From NCBI RefSeq assembly GCF_018350175.1, contig NC_058369.1, positions 14,138,001-14,202,000 on the forward strand: DNA of 64,000 nucleotides. Direction: 5' to 3'. The stretch is from Felis catus (Eukaryota). The first letter of the stretch is position 1. Each line of letters begins with the position of its first letter. A model generated the notes under the pieces. It worked only from the letters and a program-made list of their open reading frames with translations, was not told the origin of the DNA and made no database searches. Of the stretch, positions 31,091-42,046 are shown piece after piece. Both the position numbers and the translations under genes were made by a program.

Positions 31091-32248
31091 ACGCATATGC
31101 AGCCCTGCATACCCAAAACACTCTTGAAAAGAAGAAAAAGTTGGAGGACTCAAATTTCTTGATTTCAAAACTCACTACAAAGCTATAGTCATCAAAACAG
31201 TATGTTACTGACGTAAGAACAAACATGTAGACCAGTGGGATAGAATAGAGAGCCCAGAAATAAACCCTCAAATATACGCGCAAATGATTTTTGATAGAGA
31301 TGCCAAAGCCATTCAAGTTTAGGAAAGGAGGGTCTTTTCAACAAATGGCCTTGGGGAAACTGGATCTCCACATGCAAAAAAAAAAAAAAAATGAAGCTGA
31401 ACCCTTACCGTATGCCGTGTTCAAAAATTAACGCACAATGAAAAAAAACGAACTCAAAATGGATCAAAGACTTGAACATAAGAGTAAAAATAAGAAAACA
31501 TAGAGCAAAAGCCTCACAACTTTGGATTTGGCAATGGTTCATTGCGTATGACATATGTATGTATATATGCACGCACGCACACACACACACACACACACAT
31601 ATATTGGAGTTTATCAAATCCAAAGAATTTATCAAAACTAAGAACTGTTTTGCATCAGAGGAAACAATCACGAGTAAAAAAGCAACCCACAGAATGAGAG
31701 ACAATATTTGCAAGTTATATATCTGATAAGGGATTACTATCCAGAAAATATAAGAACTCTTAGAACTCAACAAGAAAAAGACAAACAGCCCAATTTTTAC
31801 ATGGGCAAAGAATTTGAATAGACATTTTTTCTCAAAGAAGATATACACATGGCCAATAAGCACATGAAAAGATGCTCAACATCATTAGTTATCAGGGAAA
31901 TGCAAATCAAAGCCACAGCATGAAACCAACCGCTAGGGTGGTTAAAATAAAACCAAAGGGAAAGTAACAAGTGTCGGTGAGCATGTGGAGGAATTGGAGC
32001 CCTTGCGTTCTGCTGGTGGGAATGTGAAATATACCATGATGGAGCGGTCTGGTGGTTGCTGGAAACATTAAGCACAGAATCACCACGTGATCTAGCAACC
32101 TCACTCCTGGGCGTATCCCCAGAAGAACTGACAACAGGGATTTTAAGAGATATTTGGGCACTGGGTTTATGGCAGAATTATTTACAACAGACAAAACATG
32201 AAGGCACCCCACGTGTCCATTTATGGATGAATAGAAGTTTTAATTCAC

Positions 32249-33595
32249 GGAGCACCTGGGTGGCTCAGTCGGTTAAGCGTCCGACTTCAGAGAGAGAGAG
32301 AGACAGAGAGAGAGAGAGACAGAGCATGAGCAGGGGAAGGGCAGAGGGAGAGGGAGACACAGAATCCGAAGCAGGCTCCAGGCTCTGAGCTGTCAGCCCA
32401 GAGCCCGGCACGGGGCTCGAACTCACAGACCGCGAGATCGTGACCCGAGCCGAAGTCGGACGCTCAGCCCTCTGAGCCACCCAGGTGCCCCTGAAGAAAA
32501 GTCTTAATTCAGGCGACAACATGGATGAACCTTGAGGATCTTATGCTGAGTGGAATAAACCAGCCACAAGAGGACAGGTACTGTATGATTCCGCTTACGT
32601 GAGGTCCCTGCGGTGGTCAGATTCATAGAGGCAGAGAGAAGAGTGTGTGCCAGGCCTGGGGGAGAGGAATGGGGGGTTTGTGTTTAACAAGGACAGCATT
32701 TCAGTTTGGGAAGATGATAAAGTTCTGGGGCTGGATGGTGGGGATGGTTTGCACAACCACGTGAACGTACTTAGAACCACTGAAATGGACACTTAAACAC
32801 GGTTAAGATGGTGAAGTTTATTTATTTTAATGTTTTTATTTATTTTTGAGACAGAGAGAGAGACAGAGTATGAGCAGGGGAGGGGCAGAGAGAGAGGGGA
32901 GACACAGAATCCGAAGCAGGCCCCAGGCTCTGAGCTGTCAGCACAGAGCCCGACACGGGGCTCGAACCCACGGACCGTGAGATCATGACCTGAACTGAAG
33001 TCGGGCGCTTAACCGACTGAGCCACCCAGGCGCCCCTAAGATGGTGAAGTTTATGTCATATGTGTATTTCACCACGAGACGAACAAAAAATCATTGTAAT
33101 AAAGAAAATTGAAGATTTTAATTGAAAACTTAAAAAGTAATAATAATAATAATGACCCTGCCTCGTGCGGACCCCCAGGGCCCCTCCTCACCGAGTTGGA
33201 GCACGGTCCCCTTTACTCAGGCGACAAACGCGAGACTTGGTGATGTCCTGTGTCCTATGATGGGTCAGAGCAGTCAAGGCCGGGACACCTCCCACGGGGG
33301 CGCTGTAAGGTGGCCGTGCTGTCCCCTGGTCTCCCAGAGTCTCCAGCTTCTCGTCTGTAAGATGAGTGCCCAACGAGTCGGCTTGAGGCTCAGGAGCACA
33401 GCGCCTTAGGCAGGATCCTTCCATTAAATCAGTACAACCTCGGGCGCCTTGGGTGGCTCAGGCGGTTAAGTGTCGACTTCCGCTCAGGTCAGGCTCTCAC
33501 AGTTCGTGAATTTGAGCCCCACATCGGGCTCTGGGCAGGTGGTGCGCAGTGTGCTGGGGATTCTCTCTCTCTGTCTCTGCCCCTCCCCTGACTGT

Positions 33596-33636
<41 letters not shown>

Positions 33637-33655
33637 ATAAACTTAAAAAAAAAAT
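32249..33655. mobile_element. CanSINEs: chimeric +/- element (32249-32491), - copy (~32820-33036), + copy (~33442-33655)
   Basis: SINE bodies with TSDs. Confidence 0.87.
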
Positions 33656-33787
33656 CAGTACAACCTCTTGCAAGAAGCTGTGGTTTTCCAATTCTTGTCA
33701 GTCATACGGAGCAACTGAATGTCAAAAAGACAGCATTCCAGAGAGGGACTGAATTCTCTGAGACGCATCCGGATGAGTCTCCTTCAC

Positions 33788-33923
33788 CCGTGTGGGGCTT
33801 TTGAGCTCTTTCGCGTTCCTTAGGGGAGAGTTGACAAATCGCAGAACACTGGAGAAGGATCACAGCTCCCAGAAGAACCGCAACTGCTAAAAGAATCTGG
33901 AAACACCTTGAATCTAGTCCCCG
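33788..33923 (-). pseudogene. SEMA4-like pseudo-exon (..LLG../VLRFVNSPLRNAKELKSP)
   Basis: Acceptor tccttttgcag, 84-nt upstream intron; resembles NFLGSEPIISRNSSHSPLRTE; frameshifted. Confidence 0.65.
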
Positions 33924-34007
33924 CTGCAAAAGGAAAGGACGTGCTTGGTGGCAGCAGGTGAAAGATTTGTACGCTCCAGTCCAAGTAGAAACGTAAGAAG
34001 GCCTTAC

Positions 34008-34093
34008 GGAAAAAGAAGAAGCTATACTTCAGGGTAGGGGCCAAGGGGCATCTGCCGCAGACGTTCAGGGTCAAGTCAAGGACCTTATACAGC
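34008..34093 (-). pseudogene. SEMA4-like pseudo-exon (LYKVLDLTLNVCGRCPLAPTLKYSFFF)
   Basis: Matches the Sema motif GKGRCPFDP...YTS; AG at 34094-34095, GTAAG donor in phase 1 at 34007. Confidence 0.82.
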
Positions 34094-34570
34094 CTGAGGG
34101 GTATTTCTGGCACTGAGCTCAGAATGACGGTTTAGCAACTCCCGTTCGTACATCCCAGGCTGACCCCGTCCACCCCCAGGATCTCTTGAATCTGCCCTGT
34201 CTCTATGCCCACAGCCCTTGGCACATGCCTTGCCACTTCCTGCCTGGACTGGGGCCCGGACCCCTGTTGCCCTCCCTCACCTCAGGGTGTTAACGGACCC
34301 ATAATAGCCAGGGACAAGTCTTGCAATAGTTAGTGTCCCTAACTATACCCCTGCCTTGCTCCAGTGCCTACTATGGCTCCCCATTGCCTGAGCTCCTTGG
34401 CTGTCCCCGGTGAAATATCCACTGCTTTCCCACAGGTACCCCCTCATGCCTGCCCTGCTCAGTCTCCTTCTGGCTCCCTCTGCCCAGATGCAGCCAGTCA
34501 CAGAATTCTGTGTTCTCTCCTTTGTGATGGGGCACAGCATGGAAGGCTTCATCGTGGAGATGGCATTTTA

Positions 34571-35078
34571 AGAGTGGTTTATAGGGGTGGGGGATAGGGG
34601 GCCACACCGATGGTTAAAATTATGCATCAACTTGTTCAGACGATAGAGCCAAGTTGTTTGGTCAAACACTCGTCTAGGTGTTCCTGGGAAAACATTTTCT
34701 AGGTGTGATTAACATATCTGAGGGGTTGACCTTAAGGAAAGGAAGTTATCCTTGGCACTCCTGGGTGGGCCTTGTCCAATCAGTTGAAGGACTTAAGAGC
34801 AAAAGCCGAGATTTCCTAGGGAAAAAGGCATTGTGTTTAAGACTGCAACATAGAAATCCTTCCTGAGTTTCCAGCCTGTTGGAAATAGATTTCAGATTTC
34901 TTACCTCCCACCATCACATGAGCCAATTCCTTAAAACGAATCTCTTCGTGTATATAATAAACATATACTGTGTTGACTCCATTTCTCTGGAGAGCCCTGG
35001 CTGATGCAGACACAGATGCCTGACACTGGGGAAAGGTAGGGCTTGCTGTTCAGAGACAGGATTCTCTTGACAAAGTGA
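34571..35078 (-). pseudogene. SEMA4-like pseudo-exon split by an LTR (HFVKRILSLNSK...IC|GPLSPTPINH)
   Basis: Removing the LTR and one TSD gives in-frame ICGPLSPTPINH, resembling VCGTNAFQPACDH, at the expected position. Confidence 0.5.
34606..35008 (+). mobile_element. ERVL MLT2-type solo LTR
   Basis: Starts ..gatggttaaaattatgcatcaacttg and ends ctctggagagccctggctgatgca, like MLT2 termini; 5-bp TSD gccac/gacac. Confidence 0.82.
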
Positions 35079-35109
35079 GAGCGTCCAGAAGCAGACCTCA
35101 GCCACTTAC

Positions 35110-35169
35110 CTTGGCCTTTCCCGGCTGGACGCAGACCAGGCTCTCAGCCTCAGATGCTACCCAAGACAC
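35110..35169 (-). pseudogene. SEMA4-like pseudo-exon (VSWVASEAESLVCVQPGKAK), 60 nt, open, splice sites intact
   Basis: cccgcag|GTG...AAG|gtaagt, phase 0/0; matches VYWKVSEDKKAKCAEKGKSKQ in W, C and GK spacing. Confidence 0.9.
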
Positions 35170-35639
35170 CTGCGGGCCAAGGACACGCATTGGAGGCCTC
35201 GGGTTTCACAGTCCTGGGCAGAGGCCGCCCCCAAGGTGCTGACCCAGCCTGCCACCCTCGACCAAAATAAACCCAGGGCAAGGTGCTTAGATCAGCCACT
35301 CCCCAAACCCCATGGCCTGATCCGGGTTGCAGATCCGGCCACTGTGGGCCCCGCGGAAAGGGCCATCCGTGGCCCCAAAAGGCCCGAGACGTAGACCAAT
35401 TGACCTCAAAGAACAAAAAGTTCATTCTGGAGAGATCCAGGCAAGAGGAAGTGATTATAGCAGCTGACAGCGAAAGAACGCTTTCCAGTCATGGGGTCCT
35501 CAGGTCTCTCCAAGGCGATCGGAGGAATCCAGGACCTGTGTGGTCCCCTTCACAGGTGAGTCAGTGGGGGCCGATTCCAGCCCACATTCCTGATTTCTAA
35601 GCCTGCAGGGTTGGATCTCTCATCTACCCAATTCAGGGG

Positions 35640-36020
35640 ACTACTGACAGCGGAATATCACTCAGCTGTAAAAGGGACACAATGTTGACACGCGCTACAA
35701 CACGGATGAACCCTGAAAACATCGCACTGGGTGAAAGAAACTAGACACAGGAGGCCACACGTTGTAGGATCCTATTCATCTGAAATGTCCAGAACAGGCA
35801 AATCCACGGAGACAGAAAATAAATTAGTGATGGCCCAGGGGCTGGGGGAGGGGTGGGTGGGGAGTGACTGCTAACGGGGACAGGGTTTATTTGGGGGACA
35901 ATTTAGTTTTCTAAACTCGTGGTGATGGTTGATGATGTCTGTGAATAGCCTAAAAACCAGTGAGCTGTATACTTTAATGGATGAATCGAATGGTATGTGA
36001 ATTACATCTCAGTGAAGCTG
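35640..36020 (+). mobile_element. Old L1M 3'-UTR fragment (similar fragments at ~38590-38860 and ~40170-40820)
   Basis: acaacacggatgaaccctgaaaacat...aaatgtccagaacaggcaaatcca motifs. Confidence 0.8.
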
Positions 36021-36415
36021 TGTCTAAAAATGTTCCCCCAAATCTCTACATTTACTGAGTATCTGCTGTATACCAGGCACTGAAGTGGGTACTAGAATAG
36101 GGCTCAGAAGGGGAGGGTCATAGACAGATGACCACAGTGCTGTGGGATTTCCTCCCTTACAGCACAGAGAGGGGAAAGACGTAGCATTTGTGTGGACGTG
36201 TGAAGGACGGGCGAGGGCGTGTGTGCATTGGGTTTTGAAGAACGAATAGGAGTTTGCCAAGTTGAAGGTGGGGGGCTGATCGTGAACTCAACTTTGTCAA
36301 ATCTAGTAAACAGAATAAAATAATATAGTTTTAAAAATGAAAATGAAAATGGGTGCATCGTCTTTTGTCGACACGAACTGAAGGAGTCTTTATGTTTAAA
36401 CACCTCGCCACTCAC

Positions 36416-36564
36416 CCTGGACCACGCCTGGCTCACCCAAGCCAGGGTGATGTTGTTCACGTCCGCAGCAAAGACAGTGCTGTAAACAGCATTTCAATCT
36501 CTCCCTTCATTAGGAGTGTGGAGAAATCGGAAATTTGGGGCCACCCACAACCCCTCGTGGTTGT
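36416..36564 (-). pseudogene. SEMA4-like pseudo-exon, Sema domain start (PQISDFSTLLMKGEIEMLF/TVFAADVNNIT)
   Basis: Matches PDIYNYSALLLSEDKDTLYIGAREAVFAVNALNIS; acceptor ttatcctcctag, donors GTGAG at 36436 or 36415; GAREA motif deleted with a frameshift. Confidence 0.88.
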
Positions 36565-39500
36565 CTAGGAGGATAAACAGAAGGTCAAAGACCAGGCCTG
36601 ACCTAGAACCTTCCCCAAGACGCTGCCTCCTCTCAGCTAGGCTAGATTCTTTCTGGCCTCCTTTCTCCTGGTGTGGCCAGTGCATGGCTCTGGCAGGTGG
36701 CCATGGAGAGTGAGGAGGACGGACGTTCTGGTCCGAAAATAAATCGTAGCCCTGAATGGGTAAACAAGAAACTAGGGCGGAGGAGGGGGCCGGGGAGGGG
36801 CTGAGGGGAAAGAGAGAATTGTGCCTTTCCTAGGAAGATGAATGCAGCCTTCAGAGGCTGGCCTCCCAGTGCTGGGCTGGTGGCCACGTGCTCCGCCTCT
36901 GCTGTGCCCCCAGCTGCTCCCAAGCGCCTGGCACCCACTGTACCTTCCCTGCTGAGTCCTGACCCCTGGATGGGACACCTCTTCCCACGTGGACCCCATC
37001 GTCGCTCAAAGAAGTCCTTTCCTCACACTCTCACTGTGGATCTTGTTTTTTGTAATCCCAGGGTGACCTTTGACCGTTCACTGAGTGCAAGCTGCCTCCT
37101 CCCTATGACCCATTTTACAGATGAAGAAACTGAGACGGGGGTGGGATGGGGTGGGGAGGGCGGGTGTTGGGATTCAACGGCGGCAGGGGACTCCAGGGGT
37201 CCTCCCCAGGCCTGATGATGGCAATTTTGAAGCTGGAGGCGTCTGAAAGGGTGAACGTACTGGGACAAAAGGGGCTGAGATGACAACATCTCCAGGGTGA
37301 GGTTCTGGGTTTGGATCCTGGCTCTACCCCCTTGCTGGGTGTGTTTCCGTTTCTCCTGGGATCGACATCTTAGTATGTACAGGCTTCTCCCTTCTCAGCG
37401 AGGTCACCCAGGCACTGCCCATCAGTCTAGAGTGGCCCTTTGGTCACTATGATTGGTTCAGAGACAGTCGTGTGCTCCAGGCTGAGTAAGTGAGTTGCAA
37501 TCCTGGTACTTCCATCATAGCTATCAGACAACAGAGCTTTTTAGACGTTGCTTAAGTGGATAAGGGTCAGTTCAGAGTTTCTGGCTGCCATCTCGTCCGG
37601 CAATGAAGCTGACACAAGGACAGCAGAGCCAAGAGATGGAGAAAGATGCTACCCTGTGAGGTTGGTTAAGTCCCTTGATCCAGCCGAGCCTGAAGCTGTC
37701 ATTGTCTATTCCATTAGCCAATTAGTTCCCTTTTGGCTTTATGCAGCTAGAAATTCTCATGGATACAGCCTTTATTAGTGGTGTGATAAAGATTGTTAAA
37801 CCACCTCTCCGGGCCTCAGTTTCCCCATCTGTAAAACAGGTTGTGATGAAAGGACGATGAAAGATGAAGTCAGCCTGTGTGGCGAGTGCCCTGTGCTGTG
37901 CCCGATGTTCTAAAACATCTGATGTCATCCAGGACACTCCCAGCTCACCTAGGCTCCTGCTTACTCAGACACTGGAAAGTTTTCTGAGGGACACAGCTGA
38001 GCCCAGCCATCCCCGCCCACTGCAATAATCCACCAAGAATGCTGATGACCAGAAGATGGAGTGAGTGGACAGCTCAGGTCCGGGCTCCGGGGGAAGGGTC
38101 ACACAATGGCCTGAGGTCAAGGCTGCTCGGACACAGCTTCATGGAGCGAAGGCATCACTGCACCGATGGAACTGCTTGGAAAATCCTTCCTGGTAACTGT
38201 ATCGGATCATTTTGCCAAACAGCTGCCCATCCAGCACACAGGGGCCGCGGCTCTGTTTCTCTTGGCCCACTTCGGGGCAGGAGAGGCATGTACAGGGGAC
38301 TGGAGGACATGACACCCTCCCCCCTGGCCTCTAGCACCTGTGGCCTGCCCCTGGAGCAGAGCCTGGGAGAGGATTTGCGGGTGAGTGATTTTTAAAGAAA
38401 GCTCCGGGGCAGACAAGGGCGGGGAGTCTGTGCGGTGGGGGGGAGGGAGGGGTGAACACGAAAGGGGGTGCCTCTAGCAGAGTTCCTTTGGCTGCGGTTA
38501 AATGGGGGTAGGCATCCAGGGGTGTGCACGGCACAGCACAGTGCCTGCTTCCACTCCTGCCCTTCCAGATTACTCTTTTACAAGTATAAATCGAAGAAGC
38601 CAGACACAAAAGGTCACACGGTGTGTGATCCCATTGATAGGAAATGTCCAGAACAGGCAAATCCATAGAGACAGAAGGCAGAGTGGTTGCCAGGGGCTGG
38701 GGGTGGAGGACTGGGGAGTGATGAGTCATGGGCGCAGGGTTCCCTTTGGGGGTGATACAAACGTTCGAGATGATGACTGTACGATGTCGTGGATGTGCTA
38801 AATGCCATGGAATTGTTCACTTTGAAATTGTGAATTTGATGTGGGTTTTATGATTAAAAAAGTATAAATGGGGCTATTCCCCTGCTGTGCTCTGAAGCCT
38901 CCCATGGCTCCCCATTGCCTCCAAACATAATAGATATTTGTCTCTCACCCCCCCCCCAAACCCCTCAACCTTGACTCCCTCCCGCCCCTCCCTCCCACAG
39001 CCAGGCTCATTTGTACCCCAGAGCCTTGGCACGTGCCATCCCCTCTGCCTGGCATGCTCTTATTCATCCTCATGACATGTAACCTCCCAGACCGGGCGCC
39101 ACTCCTTCGCTTTCTTTGTACCTTGGATGTTCCCTTCAAATCACTGACTATGCAGCTCGTAGTTTCATCGTGGGGTTTTAGATGCTAGATAGAAAGTTCC
39201 CCCAGTTAGGCGTGTGGCAAACGAATGAATGAGTGAGCGAGTGAATCAACAGATAGAGGGAGGAAGGCAACCGAGAGACTCTGCCAGGGAGGAGCTGGAG
39301 AGACTTTCACGTAGACAGAGGTCCTGAAAGGAAGCTTTATATCCAGGTCGACGCGGAGAGAGACCGTCTCCATGCAAATCTGGCGCTTTTTTTCCTCCCA
39401 AAAGCCCAGCTGTCTCCAAAACAAAGACCCACAATTGCTGCCAGCATGGGCTTCGTCATTTTCACTTCCTTTGAATATTCTTCAATGGATTTTTTTTCAA

Positions 39501-39904
39501 ACCGCGCAGGCATGCATGTGCACGCGACAGGGCGGGGGGCGGGGTAGGAAACACCCCTCCCCCCCTGCCCCCGCCCACTTTCCCAGGTTAGAAGCTCTGT
39601 CTTCTCGGCCTCTCCGTGTCCTCCTATATGGGGGATCCTGTCCACATTTTACAAAAGTTTTGGAAAAATCACACCACCCTTTGCGACCGGGTTTTCTCTC
39701 CCAGGGTGTTAACTGCTTTGTTCAAAGCTGCATCACATTTCATATCGGAAGTTCCCTTAATTTTTCCCTTCCTTCCCTCTATTTGCTTTGTCCCCAGGAT
39801 TCTGCCAGCACCAGCAAGGCTCCTGGAAGCCCTGTGGATAGGCCTCCCGCCCTGGGTTGACCTCAGTGGGTTTGCCCTTGCGAGGGACAGAAACAGGCTT
39901 TAAA

Positions 39905-42011
39905 AAAAATTTTTTTTTTAAACGTTTATTTTGGAGAGAGAGAGAGACCCACACAGTGCAAGCAGGAAAGGGGCAGAGAGGGAGACACAGAATCTGAAGC
40001 GGGCTCCAGGCTCTGAACTGTCAGCACAGAGCCCAACGAGCCCGATGCTGGGCTCGAACTCACCAACCATGAGATCATCATGACCTGAGCCGAAGGCGGA
40101 CACTTGACCGAGTGAGCCACCCAGGTGCCCCTGCGAGGAACAAGGCTCTTAAAGACATCGGCTCAGATGGGTTGGCGGAAAGTCCGATGTAGGGTCCAAC
40201 CCCCTGTGGAAAATGGCTCGGCACTTCCTCGAAAGGCTAAATGTAGAGTTACCTCATGATCTGGCAATCCCATTCCTGGGAATAGACCCAAAAGAAGTGA
40301 GAACAGGTGTTCACACAAATCCTCGTACGCCCCGTTCGCAGCAGCCCTGTTCGCAATTGCCAAAAGGTAGAAAGTGCCCAAATGTCCATCAATGGATGAA
40401 TGGATAAACAAAATGTGGTCCATCCCTGCAGTGGAATATTATTCAGCCGGAGAAAGGAATGAAGCCCTGACACGCGCTACAACGCGGAGGAACCTTGGAA
40501 ACATTGCGCTCAGCGAAAGACACCAGACACACAAAAAACCCACATAGTGTATGGTTCTATCTACGTGAAAAGTCCAGAACAGGCAGAAAGTCCAGAAAGT
40601 CCAGAACAGTCCAGAACAGACTTAGGAAGGAGATTAGTGGTCGCCAGGGGCTGGAGAGGTTAGGAGAAATAGGGAGTGACTGCTAATGGGCCCAGGGTCT
40701 CCTTTTGGGGTGACGGGAATGTTCTGGAACCGGACAGATCTGCTGGTCGCACGACATTGTGAATGTACTACCCACCACTGCATTGTTCACAATCAAATGG
40801 TTAATTTTATGTGATGTTTACACCAGTTAGAAACCAAAAGGTTGGGTGATCCCAGCAGGGAGGGGATGTTGCCCTCCCTCGCCAACACAGGCAAGTATTT
40901 GGTGTTGGCAATTCTTTTTTTTTTTTTTTTTTTTTTTTGATGTTTTTATTTATTTTTGAGACAGAGAAAGAGCATGAGCAGGGGAGGGGCAGAGAGAGAG
41001 GGAGACACAGAATCTGAAGCAGGATCCAGGCTCTGAGCTGTCAGCACAGAGCCTGATGCGGGGCTCGAACTCACGAGCCGTGAGATCATGACCTGAGCTG
41101 AAGTCGGAAGCCCAACCGACTGAGCCACCTAGGTGCCCCTGGGTGTTGGCAATTCTCACATTTACTTTTTTCTTCTTCTCTTTTTCTTTTCATGTTTACT
41201 TATTTCTGAGAGAGAGAGAGAGAGAGAGAGAGAGTCCAGGGGATGGGCAGAAAGAGAAGGAGACAGAGGATCCGAAGTGGGCTCTGTGCTGACAGCAGAG
41301 AGCCCAATGCGGGGCTCAAACTCACGAACCGTGAGATCATGATCTGAGCTGAACTCAGACGCCTCACTGACTGAGCCACCAGGGCACCCCGCGATTCTAA
41401 GATTGAGCCGGGCTCGTGGTCAGAGGGAGGGCGCTTCTTCTCGGCCATTTACTGGCTGCCTGCATTGCCGTCCTCTGAATCCCTTACACAGAAACTCTTC
41501 TTGGTGAATACAATCCTGACCCTTCCGCTATAGCTATTAGATGACAGAGAGGGAGGGCGGGAGGAATATCCTTATTACACAAATGAGGAAACTGAGGCAC
41601 CAAGGGGTGAAGTGAATTTCCCAAGGTCCCCCACTGTGACCCTTGTACCACATCACAGGGGTTAGGTAAGGACTGGGGACCTTTATCCGGAGCAGGAAGA
41701 GCAAGCGGATGGGAAAGTGACAAGTCCGCAGTGACTCAGGACGGTCATCCTGTGCAGCTGACGTCTGTGAGCTTCGCAGTGTCCTGCCTTTGATTCTCAG
41801 AGCCCTGGTAGGAGACATTACTTCCCCTGTTATCAATGAGGAAACTGCGGCTCAGAGAGGCGCATCACCGGGCCGCAGGTCACACAGCACAGTGAGGACA
41901 CGTTAAGACAGGGTGTTCCAGACCTCAAGTTCCCCTTTGCTTTGAGCTGCCTCCAGGCAAAAGAGCCAGTCATTTAGACGTGGATGTTGAAATCTCTAAG
42001 CGGAAACCTCG

Positions 42012-42046
<35 letters not shown>

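Larger units (their letters stand above)
29430..32830 (+). mobile_element. Old L1 (ORF2 3' half and 3' UTR) interrupted by an LTR and several SINEs
   Basis: Decayed L1 ORF2 motifs (e.g. ...KVAGYKIN, aatagagagcccagaaataaaccc, aagatgctcaacatcattag). Confidence 0.88.
15960..36564 (-). pseudogene. Unprocessed (intron-containing) class-4 semaphorin pseudogene, SEMA4-like
   Basis: At least 9 exon relics on one strand, in the order, with the motifs and largely the splice phases of SEMA4D-type genes (Sema domain, Ig, TM-like). Multiple frameshifts, an in-frame stop, lost cysteines and dead splice sites. Confidence 0.9.

Noticed and set aside
15960..36564. A functional semaphorin gene or a processed retrocopy
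   Set aside because: Multiple frameshifts, an in-frame TAG, lost conserved residues and dead splice sites exclude an intact protein. Introns at ancestral positions exclude retroposition.
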